Positions 18,065 through 27,562 of a stretch of 64,000 nt of DNA are shown here, in pieces. The position numbers and the translations under genes were made by a program. The stretch lies in assembly GCA_052034865.1 (NCBI GenBank), contig JBPOIC010000039.1, positions 5,195-69,194 on the forward strand, given 5' to 3'. Positions within the stretch are counted from its first letter, which is position 1. The number at the start of each line of letters is the position of its first letter. This stretch comes from Myxococcota bacterium (GTDB taxonomy: Bacteria > UBA10199 > JADFYH01). The notes under the pieces were generated by a model. It searched no databases and was not told the DNA's origin. It was given only the letters and a program-made list of their open reading frames with translations.

Positions 18065-18285
18065 TAATCAATCAGACTAAAGGATTCTACTCTTTCAATT
18101 TCTAAAATCGCAAAATCTTCTCCGTCGACAATTTTTAATGTTCCCCGATCTTCGTTAATTTCTTCCAGTATTCCTCGGTAAGAAATGTCAAAGGCGATGA
18201 TTTCGACCTTTTTTCCCTTGTAATCTATTAATCGAGTAATGGAGGCACCTTCATTGATCGGTTTCATGATCTGGATGGCATACAT
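18061..18285 (-). CDS. Hypothetical small protein (possible Sm-like fold)
   Basis: 74 aa, convergent with M3 peptidase (4-nt overlap). KKVEIIAFDISYRGILEEINEDRGTLKIVDGEDFAILEIERV loosely resembles an Sm barrel. No firm assignment. Confidence 0.25.
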   Translation of the reverse strand: MYAIQIMKPINEGASITRLIDYKGKKVEIIAFDISYRGILEEINEDRGTLKIVDGEDFAILEIERVESFSLIDY

Positions 18286-18573
18286 AAAGTGTGTGTGAAA
18301 AGTAAGAGATTGGAATTAATAATTATAACGAACTTCCGTTTATTTTATTGAATTATCCTTTTCAATCTCAAGTGAGTCAAGAAACTCGCGAGATGTTCAA
18401 TCAGAATGGTTTTGCTTCATTTTGAAATGAATTACCTTTAAATAACACCGAGATAGCTGACGCGTGGCGTTACAATGATTCGTTGACAATAAGGACCTTT
18501 GACCATACAAAATTGAACAACCTTACAACTGGGGAGGGGCTCAATGGGGTTGGAGAAGGAATTACTATTTCTA

Positions 18574-18900
18574 ATGAACCAAAGTGAGAAGCGTCTCTTC
18601 AAAAGGCTAGAAGTAGATCTTGAAGTTGAGATCTTAATTGATGGCTCCCCGGTTAAAGTGACCACCGCAAACATCAGTTGCGGCGGATTATTTCTCAAAC
18701 TTGATCCAGATCACTTAAAGGATCAAGACGATTTCTCAGTCATAATCTACCTTCCAAATCGTAAAAATCCTGTTGAAGTTGCAGCTCGAGTTTTAAGAAA
18801 AGAAAGCGACTCACGTGCTGGAGTTGCCCTCGAGTTTGATAGCCTCTACACAGACAATATACTCGCCATTGAGCAGTTCATTAAATCAAATCTCCATTAA
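18574..18900 (+). CDS. PilZ-domain protein (putative c-di-GMP receptor)
   Basis: RLFKR (RxxxR) at N-terminus and NISCGGLF (D/NxSxGG) motif. Lies about 85 nt upstream of nuoA. Confidence 0.65.
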   Translation: MNQSEKRLFKRLEVDLEVEILIDGSPVKVTTANISCGGLFLKLDPDHLKDQDDFSVIIYLPNRKNPVEVAARVLRKESDSRAGVALEFDSLYTDNILAIEQFIKSNLH

Positions 18901-18984
18901 ACATAATCCCCTCTTCTTGCTTTTCCCTCTTTGCCGACAATTCCCTTGACACCCAGGAATGCGTCCAATAACTCACGCAATTAA

Positions 18985-19359
18985 ATGAACAATCCCTACC
19001 TTCCCATCCTCATCCTGTTTGGAATTGCCTTTGTTTTTTCTGGTGCTTTTATTCTTCTTTCTTCTCTTCTGGGTCCCAAAAAACCAACTGCCTCAAAGCT
19101 TGATACTTATGAATGCGGAATGCCTCTCATTGGTGAACCTCGAAATCGCTTCTCCGTTAAATTTTTCCTCGTTGCGATCATCTTTATCCTGTTCGATGTG
19201 GAGGCCGTCTTTCTTTATCCCTGGGCCGTTTTATTCAAAGATTTTAAAGAAAAAGGAATGGGACCTTTTCTATTCTGGGAGATGAATGTCTTCCTGTTGA
19301 TTCTGGCTTTGGGGCTGTATTACGTGTGGAAACGCAAAGCCTTGGATTGGGAGAAATAA
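18985..19359 (+). CDS. nuoA: NADH-quinone oxidoreductase subunit A
   Basis: 124 aa, three TM helices, YECGMPLIGEP and FDVEAVFLYPWA motifs. Confidence 0.85.
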   Translation: MNNPYLPILILFGIAFVFSGAFILLSSLLGPKKPTASKLDTYECGMPLIGEPRNRFSVKFFLVAIIFILFDVEAVFLYPWAVLFKDFKEKGMGPFLFWEMNVFLLILALGLYYVWKRKALDWEK

Positions 19360-19444
19360 TTTCAGGCGATCGAGCACCCTGTGTCACTGTCCTTGTGTTC
19401 AGAAAAGGACAGTTCATCGATTGGTGACCGATTGCGTTTAAAGT

Positions 19445-19948
19445 ATGCATTCCGTTGCCGAAAACAATTTTTTAACGACAAAGCTCAGTGAGGTGATTGC
19501 CTGGGGGCGCAAGTTTTCCCTTTGGCCAATGCCCTTCGGAACTGCATGCTGTGCCATTGAGTTCATGGGGGCTGTGGATGCAGTTTACGATATCTCCCGC
19601 TTTGGCGCAGAGCTCGTCCGCTTTTCCCCTCGTCAATCCGATCTTCTACTGGTGCTTGGAACCATCAATTACAAGCAGGCACCTGTTCTCAAAAAAGTTT
19701 ATGAACAGATGTGCGATCCCAAGTGGGTGGTGGCAGTAGGAGCTTGTGCGACCTGTGGCGGATTTTACGACAATTATAGTGTGCTACAGGGAATCGATGA
19801 GATTATTCCCGTTGATGTTTATGTTCCTGGTTGTCCACCGAGGCCAGAATCCATTCTCAGAGGGATTGTTACCCTGCAGGAAAAAATTACGGCAGAGGCT
19901 AAAGGGGAGAAGATACAAAAACCATTTCCAATCAGTCAGCCTGCTTGA
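19445..19948 (+). CDS. nuoB: NADH-quinone oxidoreductase subunit B
   Basis: [21 protein letters not shown] (N2 cluster cysteines). Confidence 0.9.
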   Translation: MHSVAENNFLTTKLSEVIAWGRKFSLWPMPFGTACCAIEFMGAVDAVYDISRFGAELVRFSPRQSDLLLVLGTINYKQAPVLKKVYEQMCDPKWVVAVGACATCGGFYDNYSVLQGIDEIIPVDVYVPGCPPRPESILRGIVTLQEKITAEAKGEKIQKPFPISQPA

Positions 19949-19997
19949 TGTGAGTGAATTTTTTGCGTTCCATAAAATAAGTGAAGGCTCTCTTTAA

Positions 19998-20489
19998 GTG
20001 AATGATATGAGCAAAGTGATCGATCGTTTTCAGCAGAAATTTTCAGAAAAGATTATTGGCTCTCATGCAAATCTTGGGGATGAGACCCTCGTCGTCTCCT
20101 CCGATGCTCTCATTGATATTCTTCAATTTGCAAAGCAAGACCCTGAGCTTCAGTTTGATATGTTGATGGATATTTGCGGGGTTGATTATCTGGGGCAAAC
20201 CCCGCGGTTTGAAGTAGTTTATCATCTCTATTCAGTTCCTAAAAACCATCGCCTTCGAATCAAAGTAAAAGTTCCGGAAGATAGCTGTCGGCTTCCTTCC
20301 TGCATTTCTCTCTGGAAATCAGCTGACTGGTTTGAGCGTGAAACCTGGGACATGATGGGAATTGAGTTTGAAAGTCATCCTTACTTAAGGCGACTGCTTT
20401 TATTTGAAGGATTCGAAGGGCATCCCTTGCGAAAAGATTATCAGATCGACAGACGTCAGAAAATTCCGGAGCCTTTAAAGAATCTCTAA
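19998..20489 (+). CDS. nuoC: NADH-quinone oxidoreductase subunit C
   Basis: 163 aa, 30-kDa subunit pattern (FDMLMDICGVDY ... ADWFERETWDMMGIEF). Confidence 0.85.
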   Translation: MNDMSKVIDRFQQKFSEKIIGSHANLGDETLVVSSDALIDILQFAKQDPELQFDMLMDICGVDYLGQTPRFEVVYHLYSVPKNHRLRIKVKVPEDSCRLPSCISLWKSADWFERETWDMMGIEFESHPYLRRLLLFEGFEGHPLRKDYQIDRRQKIPEPLKNL

Positions 20490-20542
20490 TTTGACAGGGC
20501 GATTTACGAACGGACCTTTTCTTGCGACCAAAATGAATCATT

Positions 20543-21745
20543 ATGATGCAACCTGTACTAGCCGAAGAAGGCGATCTTAAAACGAAAAAGATGTATTTAA
20601 ACATCGGACCCAACCATCCGGCGATGCACGGCACCTTGCGTCTGCTGGTTGAGCTCGATGGCGAGAATATTGTCAGCTCAATCGCCGAGATGGGCTATCT
20701 GCATCGTGGTTTCGAAAAACATTCTGAGACTGGCACTTATACTCAAGTCATTCCCTACACCGATCGACTCAACTACATCAGCCCTCTCATGAACAATGTC
20801 GGTTATTGCATGGCCGTCGAAAAACTTATCGGTTGTGAAATTCCCGAGCGTGCACAAGTCATCCGTCTCATTATTTGCGAGCTTTCACGTATTACCGATC
20901 ATCTTGTTTGTATTGGAACCAACCTGGTCGATATCGGTGCACTAACCAATTTTTGGTACTATTTTAATGTTCGTGAAAAGATTTACGACTTTATCGAGAA
21001 AATTTGCGGAGCGCGGCTTACGACCAACTACACCCGGATTGGTGGTCTTGCCCGTGATTTTCATCCCGAAGCTGCCGACGAATTAAAGATTATTTTAAAA
21101 GAAGTTCAGCGTGCGACCCAGGAAGTTCGAAATCTGATTTTAAAAAACAAAATTTTCTACGATCGAACTGCAGGGGTTGCACCTATTACTGCTGAAGAAG
21201 CGAAAAATTATGGATTCACTGGTCCCTGTTTGCGGGCGGCCGGGGTCGATTATGATGTTCGCAAGGCCCAACCCTATCTCAATTATCAGGATTATGATTT
21301 CGACATTCCCGTAGGTGAATCCGGCGATACTTATGATCGCTTTTTGGTACGCTTCGAAGAGATCCAACAGTCCAGTCGCATTATTGAGCAAGCCATTCCC
21401 AAGTTAAAGCCGGGTCCTGTCATGACCTCCGATCGCCGTGTGGCCCTGCCACCCAAGAGCGAAGTGTATACCAACATCGAAGCCCTCATGAATCACTTCA
21501 AGCTCATTTTCGAAGGTGTGCGTCCTCCTGCAGGAGAGGTTTATTCAGCAACTGAAGCAGCGAACGGAGAGCTGGGATTTTATATTGTAAGCGATGGGAG
21601 TACGCGTCCTTACCGTGTGAAATGCCGTCCCCCGTGTTTTCCCCTGTATGCGGCTTATCCAAAGATGATTCAGGGATCCATGATCGCCGATGCGATTGCG
21701 GTTCTGGGAAGTATCAATATTATTGCGGGAGAGTTAGACCGGTAA
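20543..21745 (+). CDS. nuoD: NADH-quinone oxidoreductase subunit D
   Basis: 400 aa, GPNHPAMHGTLRL... typical 49-kDa subunit. Confidence 0.9.
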   Translation: MMQPVLAEEGDLKTKKMYLNIGPNHPAMHGTLRLLVELDGENIVSSIAEMGYLHRGFEKHSETGTYTQVIPYTDRLNYISPLMNNVGYCMAVEKLIGCEIPERAQVIRLIICELSRITDHLVCIGTNLVDIGALTNFWYYFNVREKIYDFIEKICGARLTTNYTRIGGLARDFHPEAADELKIILKEVQRATQEVRNLILKNKIFYDRTAGVAPITAEEAKNYGFTGPCLRAAGVDYDVRKAQPYLNYQDYDFDIPVGESGDTYDRFLVRFEEIQQSSRIIEQAIPKLKPGPVMTSDRRVALPPKSEVYTNIEALMNHFKLIFEGVRPPAGEVYSATEAANGELGFYIVSDGSTRPYRVKCRPPCFPLYAAYPKMIQGSMIADAIAVLGSINIIAGELDR

Positions 21746-21793
21746 GTGATTCAAAATCTCTTTATTTAAGTTTCAAAATTTCCAAAGCTCTTT

Positions 21794-22267
21794 ATGTCTA
21801 TCGAGTTTTCACCCGAAAATAAAAAGAAGTTCGAAGAAACCCTGACCCATTATCCGACCAGGCGGGCTGCGCTGTTACCGACGCTCTGGATCGCCCAACG
21901 GCAGTTTGGTTGGATTTCGCCCGAGGTCATGGAATACATCGCGTCTTTACTCGAGATTCCACCCGTGAAGGTTTACGAAGTCGCAACCTTCTACACCATG
22001 TACAATACAAAGCCGGTCGGAAAATATCACCTGCAGGTGTGCCGGACTTTATCTTGTGAGCTGTGCGGAAAAGAAAAAATTGTTAACCACCTTCAAAGCA
22101 AATTGGGGATCAAGGCGGGCGAAACGACGGCGGATGGTCGATTTACTTTAACCGAAGTTGAATGCCTAGGCTCGTGCGGAACCGCACCCATGATGCAGGT
22201 CAATGATGATTATTTTGAAAATCTCACGCCTGAAAAGATCGACACGATTTTAAAAGGGCTTGAGTAA
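21794..22267 (+). CDS. nuoE: NADH-quinone oxidoreductase subunit E (2Fe-2S)
   Basis: CRTLSCELCG ... CLGSCGTAPMMQVND cysteine pattern. Confidence 0.9.
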   Translation: MSIEFSPENKKKFEETLTHYPTRRAALLPTLWIAQRQFGWISPEVMEYIASLLEIPPVKVYEVATFYTMYNTKPVGKYHLQVCRTLSCELCGKEKIVNHLQSKLGIKAGETTADGRFTLTEVECLGSCGTAPMMQVNDDYFENLTPEKIDTILKGLE

Positions 22268-23534
22268 AGTTATGGAACGTATCCTAACCGAACATTGGGG
22301 CAAAAAAGATTCGCACACACTGGCCTTTTATCTGGAGCATGGCGGTTATCAAACCCTGTCCAAGGTTTTTAAGATGAAGCCGGATGAAGTGATCGAAGAA
22401 GTTAAAAAATCCGGCCTGCGGGGGCGTGGAGGTGCTGGATTTGCGACGGGTATGAAATGGAGTTTTGTTCCCAAAGACAATTCCAAACCGCATTATCTTT
22501 GCATCAATGCAGATGAAAGCGAGCCCGGTACTTTTAAAGATCGCTACATCCTCGAAAATACCCCACATCAACTTATTGAAGGGGCCATCATTTGTTCATA
22601 TGCCATCGGGGCCAAAGCTGCTTACTGCTACATTCGGGGAGAATTTGTTTTTCCAGCCGATCGTATGGAAGCTGCGGTTCAGGAAGCCTACCAGGCAGGG
22701 TATCTGGGAAAAAACATTCAAGGCAGTGGAGTCGATCTTGATCTTTACGTTCACCGTGGAGCGGGCGCTTACATTTGCGGTGAAGAAACAGCCCTGCTCG
22801 AATCACTCGAAGGAAAACGTGGCTATCCACGCTTAAAACCCCCATTTCCGGCCCTTGTCGGTTTGTTCGGCTGCCCTACTGTCATCAATAACGTCGAAAC
22901 CCTGGCCGTTACTCCTTATATTCTCAACAACGGCGGTGAGGCTTACCGAAAATACGGCACGGAAAAAAGCCCAGGCACCAAGCTTTTCTGTGTTTCAGGT
23001 CATGTCAATAAACCTGGTAATTACGAAGTGCCTCTGGGTTATCCACTCAAAAAACTCATCTACGAAGATTGCGGTGGGATCAAAGACGGCAAGACCTTGA
23101 AGGCTGTGATTCCAGGCGGATCTTCTGTCCCTGTCCTGACAAAAAAAGAGGCCGAAGAGGTAAATCTCGATTACGAAGCCCTTCAGTCTGCAGGTTCGAT
23201 GCTCGGATCGGGAGGTGTGATTGTTATCGATGAAACCACATGCATGGTCAAAAGCCTGCTCAACCTCGCCCATTTTTATTCTCATGAATCCTGCGGTCAA
23301 TGTGCTCCCTGTCGTGAAGGAACCGGCTGGTCCTATAAAATTCTCAAGCGGATTGAAAATGGGGAAGGGACCGAGGCCGATCTGGAACGTCTGCTGCAAA
23401 ACGCCGATCACATGTCCGGAAAAACAGTGTGTGTGCTTTCCGATGCGCTCGCCATGCCGATCCAAAGTTTTTTAAAGCGCTTTCGTCATGAGTTTGAAGA
23501 ACATGTAAAGTTGAAGAAGTGCCCTATGAAATAA
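22260..23534 (+). CDS. nuoF: NADH-quinone oxidoreductase subunit F (FMN, 4Fe-4S)
   Basis: GLRGRGGAGF (NADH/FMN site), ESCGQCAPCREG (N3 cluster). Confidence 0.9.
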   Translation: MSKVMERILTEHWGKKDSHTLAFYLEHGGYQTLSKVFKMKPDEVIEEVKKSGLRGRGGAGFATGMKWSFVPKDNSKPHYLCINADESEPGTFKDRYILENTPHQLIEGAIICSYAIGAKAAYCYIRGEFVFPADRMEAAVQEAYQAGYLGKNIQGSGVDLDLYVHRGAGAYICGEETALLESLEGKRGYPRLKPPFPALVGLFGCPTVINNVETLAVTPYILNNGGEAYRKYGTEKSPGTKLFCVSGHVNKPGNYEVPLGYPLKKLIYEDCGGIKDGKTLKAVIPGGSSVPVLTKKEAEEVNLDYEALQSAGSMLGSGGVIVIDETTCMVKSLLNLAHFYSHESCGQCAPCREGTGWSYKILKRIENGEGTEADLERLLQNADHMSGKTVCVLSDALAMPIQSFLKRFRHEFEEHVKLKKCPMK

Positions 23535-23538
23535 TACT

Positions 23539-23862
23539 GTGAATCTTAATTTTGAATGGGATCATCCCAAGGTAGCTGAAAATATAAAAAAGCATGGCGT
23601 TTCTTTTTAGGAAGCTTCCAGCGCTTTATTAGATCCTCTTTCCTTAGCTTTCCCAGATAGTGGCCATTCTGCGTCAGAGTATCGGTTTCTGACTGTAGAG
23701 GAATCTACACAATTGAGATTACTGGTCGTCGCACACACTGACAGAAATGGAAAAATCCGGATCATCAGTGCCAGAAAAGCAACTCGTAAAGAACGTAGAT
23801 TTTTTTATGAAGAAAAAAGAATTAAAAAAACGAATTGCGGAGTGAGTACGATTTTTCCCTGA
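23539..23862 (+). pseudogene. brnT: brnT-like (DUF497) toxin gene with in-frame TAG
   Basis: GTG 23539: VNLNFEWDHPKVAENIKKHGVSF, then TAG at 23608-23610, then same frame continues EASSALLDPLS...LLVVAHTDRNGKIRIISARKATRKERRFFYEE to TGA 23860-62. FEWD...KHGVSF and IRIISARKAT are BrnT signatures. Confidence 0.6.
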
Positions 23863-24029
23863 TGAAGGGCGGCGTACAAGGGAAATACATGAAGGCTTAC
23901 AAGAAGGAAAGTAACGTTGTCTTGCTTGAACCCGATGTTACGAAGGCTTTTCCCAATGCAGATTCTGTTAATCAAGTTTTAAGAGACCTCATGAAGCTTG
24001 CTCGGCTTCGTCTGAGTCACAGCCGTTGA
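23835..24029 (+). CDS. brnA: BrnA-like antitoxin (RHH/CopG-like)
   Basis: 64 aa from TTG, SEYDFSLMKGGVQGKY...LEPDVTKAFPNADSVNQVLRDL matches BrnA EYDFS...GKY...LDxDV...VNxALR pattern. Overlaps brnT 3-prime end out of frame; stop overlaps nuoG start region. Confidence 0.6.
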   Translation: MRSEYDFSLMKGGVQGKYMKAYKKESNVVLLEPDVTKAFPNADSVNQVLRDLMKLARLRLSHSR

Positions 24030-24037
24030 GTAGTTTT

Positions 24038-25543
24038 ATGCCAACCCTAAAAATAGACAACCAAGATATCACCGTAGAACCAGGGACCACCGTCATCGAA
24101 GCGGCTAAAAAGCTCGGCGTGGAGATCCCTCATTTTTGCTACCATCCCAAACTTAGCATTTCGGGAAACTGCCGTATGTGTTTGGTAGAGGTGGAAAAAT
24201 TTCCAAAACCGCAAATTTCCTGCTCGCTCGTAGCCACCGACGGTATGGTCGTCCATACCCAATCCGAAAATGCAAAAAAGTGGCGCAAAAATGTCCTCCA
24301 GTTTATCCTCATCAATCATCCTCTCGATTGTCCGGTCTGCGATCAGGCGGGCGAGTGCAAGTTGCAAAATTACTATCTGAGCGAGTCGGTCAAGCTGAGT
24401 GAATTTCAGGAAGAAAAAGTTCACAAGCCAAAAAAAATCAGACTTGGTCCTCAGGTCATGCTCGATGACGAGCGCTGTATCATGTGTTCGCGCTGTATCC
24501 GCTTTTGCGATGAGATCACAAAGACCTCCGAGTTGGGATTCACTCAACGGGGAGATCACATCGAGCTGCGTCCTTTTCCTGGCAAAGAACTCAACAATCC
24601 CTATTCGATAAATACTGTTGATATTTGCCCAGTCGGTGCACTTACCAGCTCAGATTTTCGCTTTAAAAAACGGGTGTGGTTTTTAAAAACAGCCGATTCA
24701 ATTTGCTCGGGATGTTCGCGCGGATGCAATCTTCGTCTGCAATATGAAAATGAGACGGTTTATCGCTACCTGCCTCGTCAAAACGAAGCCGTGAATTCTG
24801 TTTGGCTCTGTGATGCCGGTCGTTTGAGTTATAAGCAGATCAATGAAAATCGTGTGATCACCTCTGAAAAACGAATCGAAGGTCAGCTTACGCGCATTCA
24901 TCCTGAACAGGCGATCAGTGAAGTAACAGCTCTTATGAAAAAAGCGGCTGGAAAACCAATCCTGGTCTTGGGAAGTGCGCAAGGTTCAAACGAAAATAAT
25001 CTGGCCTTAAAGAAATTAGCCGCACTTGTGGGCAGTGATCAAGTGGCACCAATGCTTGCCTACTCTGGACGTGAAGTTGCAAATCCTTACGAAGATGATT
25101 TTCTGATCAAGGCCGATAAGAACCCTAACACGCGCGGAGTAGAACATTTGGGTTTCCAGAAATTGAATCATGTTTCTTCCTCAGAAATTTGCCTCATTCT
25201 TGGAGAAGTTTCCGAACCGGATCTTAAGAAAATTGCAGAAACAAAACCTTCCTGCGTAATCTATTTTGCTACCCACCGAGACGCCACGACCGGGATTGCC
25301 GATTACCTTTTCCCCATCACGATATTTGCCGAAGAGTCGGGGACTTTCATGAATTTTGAAGGACGTGTGCAGAAATTCAATCCTGGGCCTAAATCTCGTG
25401 GTCAAATGAAGCCCGCCTGGCAATGGATAAAAGAGTTGGCTCAGGGGTTGGGAGTGGTCTGGAATCTTCATCCTGCTGCTTTGCTTCAGGAAGGGTTTGG
25501 TTTAAGTGATGCCGATCTTGGAGCCGAAGGCAAGAGGCTATGA
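24038..25543 (+). CDS. nuoG: NADH-quinone oxidoreductase subunit G (short form)
   Basis: 2Fe-2S (CYHP...GNCRMC), HPLDCPVCDQAGEC, CIMCSRCIRFC and CPVGALT clusters. About 500 aa, so the C-terminal molybdopterin-like domain is abbreviated. Confidence 0.8.
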   Translation: MPTLKIDNQDITVEPGTTVIEAAKKLGVEIPHFCYHPKLSISGNCRMCLVEVEKFPKPQISCSLVATDGMVVHTQSENAKKWRKNVLQFILINHPLDCPVCDQAGECKLQNYYLSESVKLSEFQEEKVHKPKKIRLGPQVMLDDERCIMCSRCIRFCDEITKTSELGFTQRGDHIELRPFPGKELNNPYSINTVDICPVGALTSSDFRFKKRVWFLKTADSICSGCSRGCNLRLQYENETVYRYLPRQNEAVNSVWLCDAGRLSYKQINENRVITSEKRIEGQLTRIHPEQAISEVTALMKKAAGKPILVLGSAQGSNENNLALKKLAALVGSDQVAPMLAYSGREVANPYEDDFLIKADKNPNTRGVEHLGFQKLNHVSSSEICLILGEVSEPDLKKIAETKPSCVIYFATHRDATTGIADYLFPITIFAEESGTFMNFEGRVQKFNPGPKSRGQMKPAWQWIKELAQGLGVVWNLHPAALLQEGFGLSDADLGAEGKRL

Positions 25544-26109
25544 GTTCTGCGAGGGTGCGGCATTTTTTTCTGGGGGTGATGCTCGTGACGGTTGTTCTGG
25601 TTTCTCCTTCTGCATTTTCGCAACTCTCCCGACTGCTATCCTCCAAAGAAATTACGGCCGTGATCTTGTCTCCGATGTTCGGCATTCCAGGAGATAAAGA
25701 CGGCCAATGGCTTTTAAACGATGAAGAAGCCTTGCAGGCCGAGAAAATTCTTCAAGGCTGCATCCTTGAAAAAACAAAGCAAACCCAGAATCCCAACGAA
25801 AATCGGTGGGAAACCATTCGGCGGGAAATTCAGGTGAGGGGTTGGTCCGAGATTCAAAAAAATCTTTCGGATTATTTGCGGCAATACGCCGGAGTCACAC
25901 GTGAGAAGAAAAAACTTGTTTGGATAAACGCTTTTCACAAAAACACCTTGTCTATTTTTGGGAAGACGAACGAAGCTTTTGGATTGAGTCTTCCTCGCTG
26001 GCAGAGAGAAGTGATTTACGCCAATGATGGTGGCACCTATTTTTTTAATGCCTTCGTCGATTTGAAAGTCGGCAGTTGCGAGTCGCTTCAGTTTAATGGA
26101 GGCGCTTGA
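25540..26109 (+). CDS. Hypothetical secreted/membrane-anchored protein inserted between nuoG and nuoH
   Basis: 189 aa, N-terminal hydrophobic helix FFLGVMLVTVVLVSPSAF, no recognisable domain. 4-nt overlap with nuoG stop. Confidence 0.35.
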   Translation: MSSARVRHFFLGVMLVTVVLVSPSAFSQLSRLLSSKEITAVILSPMFGIPGDKDGQWLLNDEEALQAEKILQGCILEKTKQTQNPNENRWETIRREIQVRGWSEIQKNLSDYLRQYAGVTREKKKLVWINAFHKNTLSIFGKTNEAFGLSLPRWQREVIYANDGGTYFFNAFVDLKVGSCESLQFNGGA

Positions 26110-26302
26110 AGGAGATGCGGTTCAAAATGCCTAAGCTCTTGGCAGGATTAATGGTTTTGATAGTGCTTTATCTGTTTTGTTTTAAGCTTGCCCTCTGGCG
26201 ATGTCATTCAGGTTGGGCTGGATCCCACTGCCATACGCTGCTTGGATCCGGGGGGCACAACGTCCTGCAGGCTTTTGGTCATCTACATTAGGAGAAACGA
26301 CT

Positions 26303-27562
26303 TTGCTACTCCTCCTCTTAAAAATTGTGGTTCCTTTTTTTGTGATTCTCAACATCATCCCTTTGCTGATTTGGCTGGAGCGTAAAGGTTCGGCCTATAT
26401 TCAGGATCGTCGCGGACCCAATCGCGCAGGCATTTTAGGTATTCGCCTTGGAGGAATGATTCACTCGCTCACCGACGTGGTGAAACTGCTTTTTAAAGAG
26501 GATATTATTCCCGCACGCGTGAATCGGTTTTTCTATATTCTTGCTCCTTTTATTTCGATGAGTGTGGCGTGTGTAACCTTTGCTGTTCTTCCTTTTGGCG
26601 ATGTGGTGCACTGGAACGGGGAGGCCATCACCCTACAGGCCGCTGATTTGAATGCCGGAATTTTATATATCTTTGCCATTGCTTCACTCGGTGTTTATGG
26701 CGTGATGCTGGCCGGTTGGAGTTCCGACAACAAATATTCTCTTTTGGGCGGACTTCGCTCCTCGGCCCAAATGATCAGCTATGAGATTGTTCTTTCGCTT
26801 GCCGTGATCAGTGTTTTGATGATGGCAGGCTCACTGGAACTTTCGGCGGTTGTGACCGATCAATCCGAAAAAGTTTGGGGATGGAATTTTTTGCGTCAGC
26901 CGATTGCGTGTGTGCTTTTCATGATTGCGATGTTTGCCGAAACCAATCGTTTGCCCTTTGATCTTCCAGAAGGTGAATCCGAGCTGGTGGCAGGATATCA
27001 TCTCGAATACAGCTCGATGAAATTTGCCCTCTTTTTCATGGCCGAATATGCCAACATGATCATTGCTTCGGCCGTCTTAACCTCCCTGTTTTTTGGTGGC
27101 TGGCAGGTTCCTTTTTTAAGCACCGAAACGCTTCGGGGAAATGCAGACTTGATTTTGAAAATCCTTCTGGGTGGCGGAATTCTTGTGCATCTACTGGGAG
27201 GCGGCGCCTTGTTCAAACATGGGCTAAACAATGTTCGAGTAAAAAAATGGGGTGATATTCGCGATTATGAGCCCGTGATTTTGGGAGTGGGAATCGGAGG
27301 TTTAGGAATTATCCTGATCGGAGCTCTTGCCTATTTCTGGACTACGTCGTTGGGTGAAAACGGAGCCTCAGTCGTTACAGGGGTGTTACAGGCCGTTACC
27401 TATATTTTAAAAATCCTGTTTTTCTGCTGGGTGTTTATATGGGTACGCTGGACGCTTCCGCGTTTTCGTTATGATCAGCTCATGAAGCTGGGCTGGAAGT
27501 ATATGCTTCCTTTAGCGCTCATCAATATTTTAGTGACGGGATGGGTGATGTTAGCGATTTAA
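26303..27562 (+). CDS. nuoH: NADH-quinone oxidoreductase subunit H with internal/C-proximal insertion
   Basis: LIWLERKGSAYIQDRRGPNRAG ... VRWTLPRFRYDQLMKLGWK are canonical NuoH. Start proposed at TTG 26303 after ggaga RBS (ORF opens 26201). About 80 extra residues before the last helix. Confidence 0.8.
   Translation: MLLLLLKIVVPFFVILNIIPLLIWLERKGSAYIQDRRGPNRAGILGIRLGGMIHSLTDVVKLLFKEDIIPARVNRFFYILAPFISMSVACVTFAVLPFGDVVHWNGEAITLQAADLNAGILYIFAIASLGVYGVMLAGWSSDNKYSLLGGLRSSAQMISYEIVLSLAVISVLMMAGSLELSAVVTDQSEKVWGWNFLRQPIACVLFMIAMFAETNRLPFDLPEGESELVAGYHLEYSSMKFALFFMAEYANMIIASAVLTSLFFGGWQVPFLSTETLRGNADLILKILLGGGILVHLLGGGALFKHGLNNVRVKKWGDIRDYEPVILGVGIGGLGIILIGALAYFWTTSLGENGASVVTGVLQAVTYILKILFFCWVFIWVRWTLPRFRYDQLMKLGWKYMLPLALINILVTGWVMLAI

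Noticed and set aside
24047-24559. 170-aa antisense ORF inside nuoG
   Set aside because: Spurious shadow ORF.
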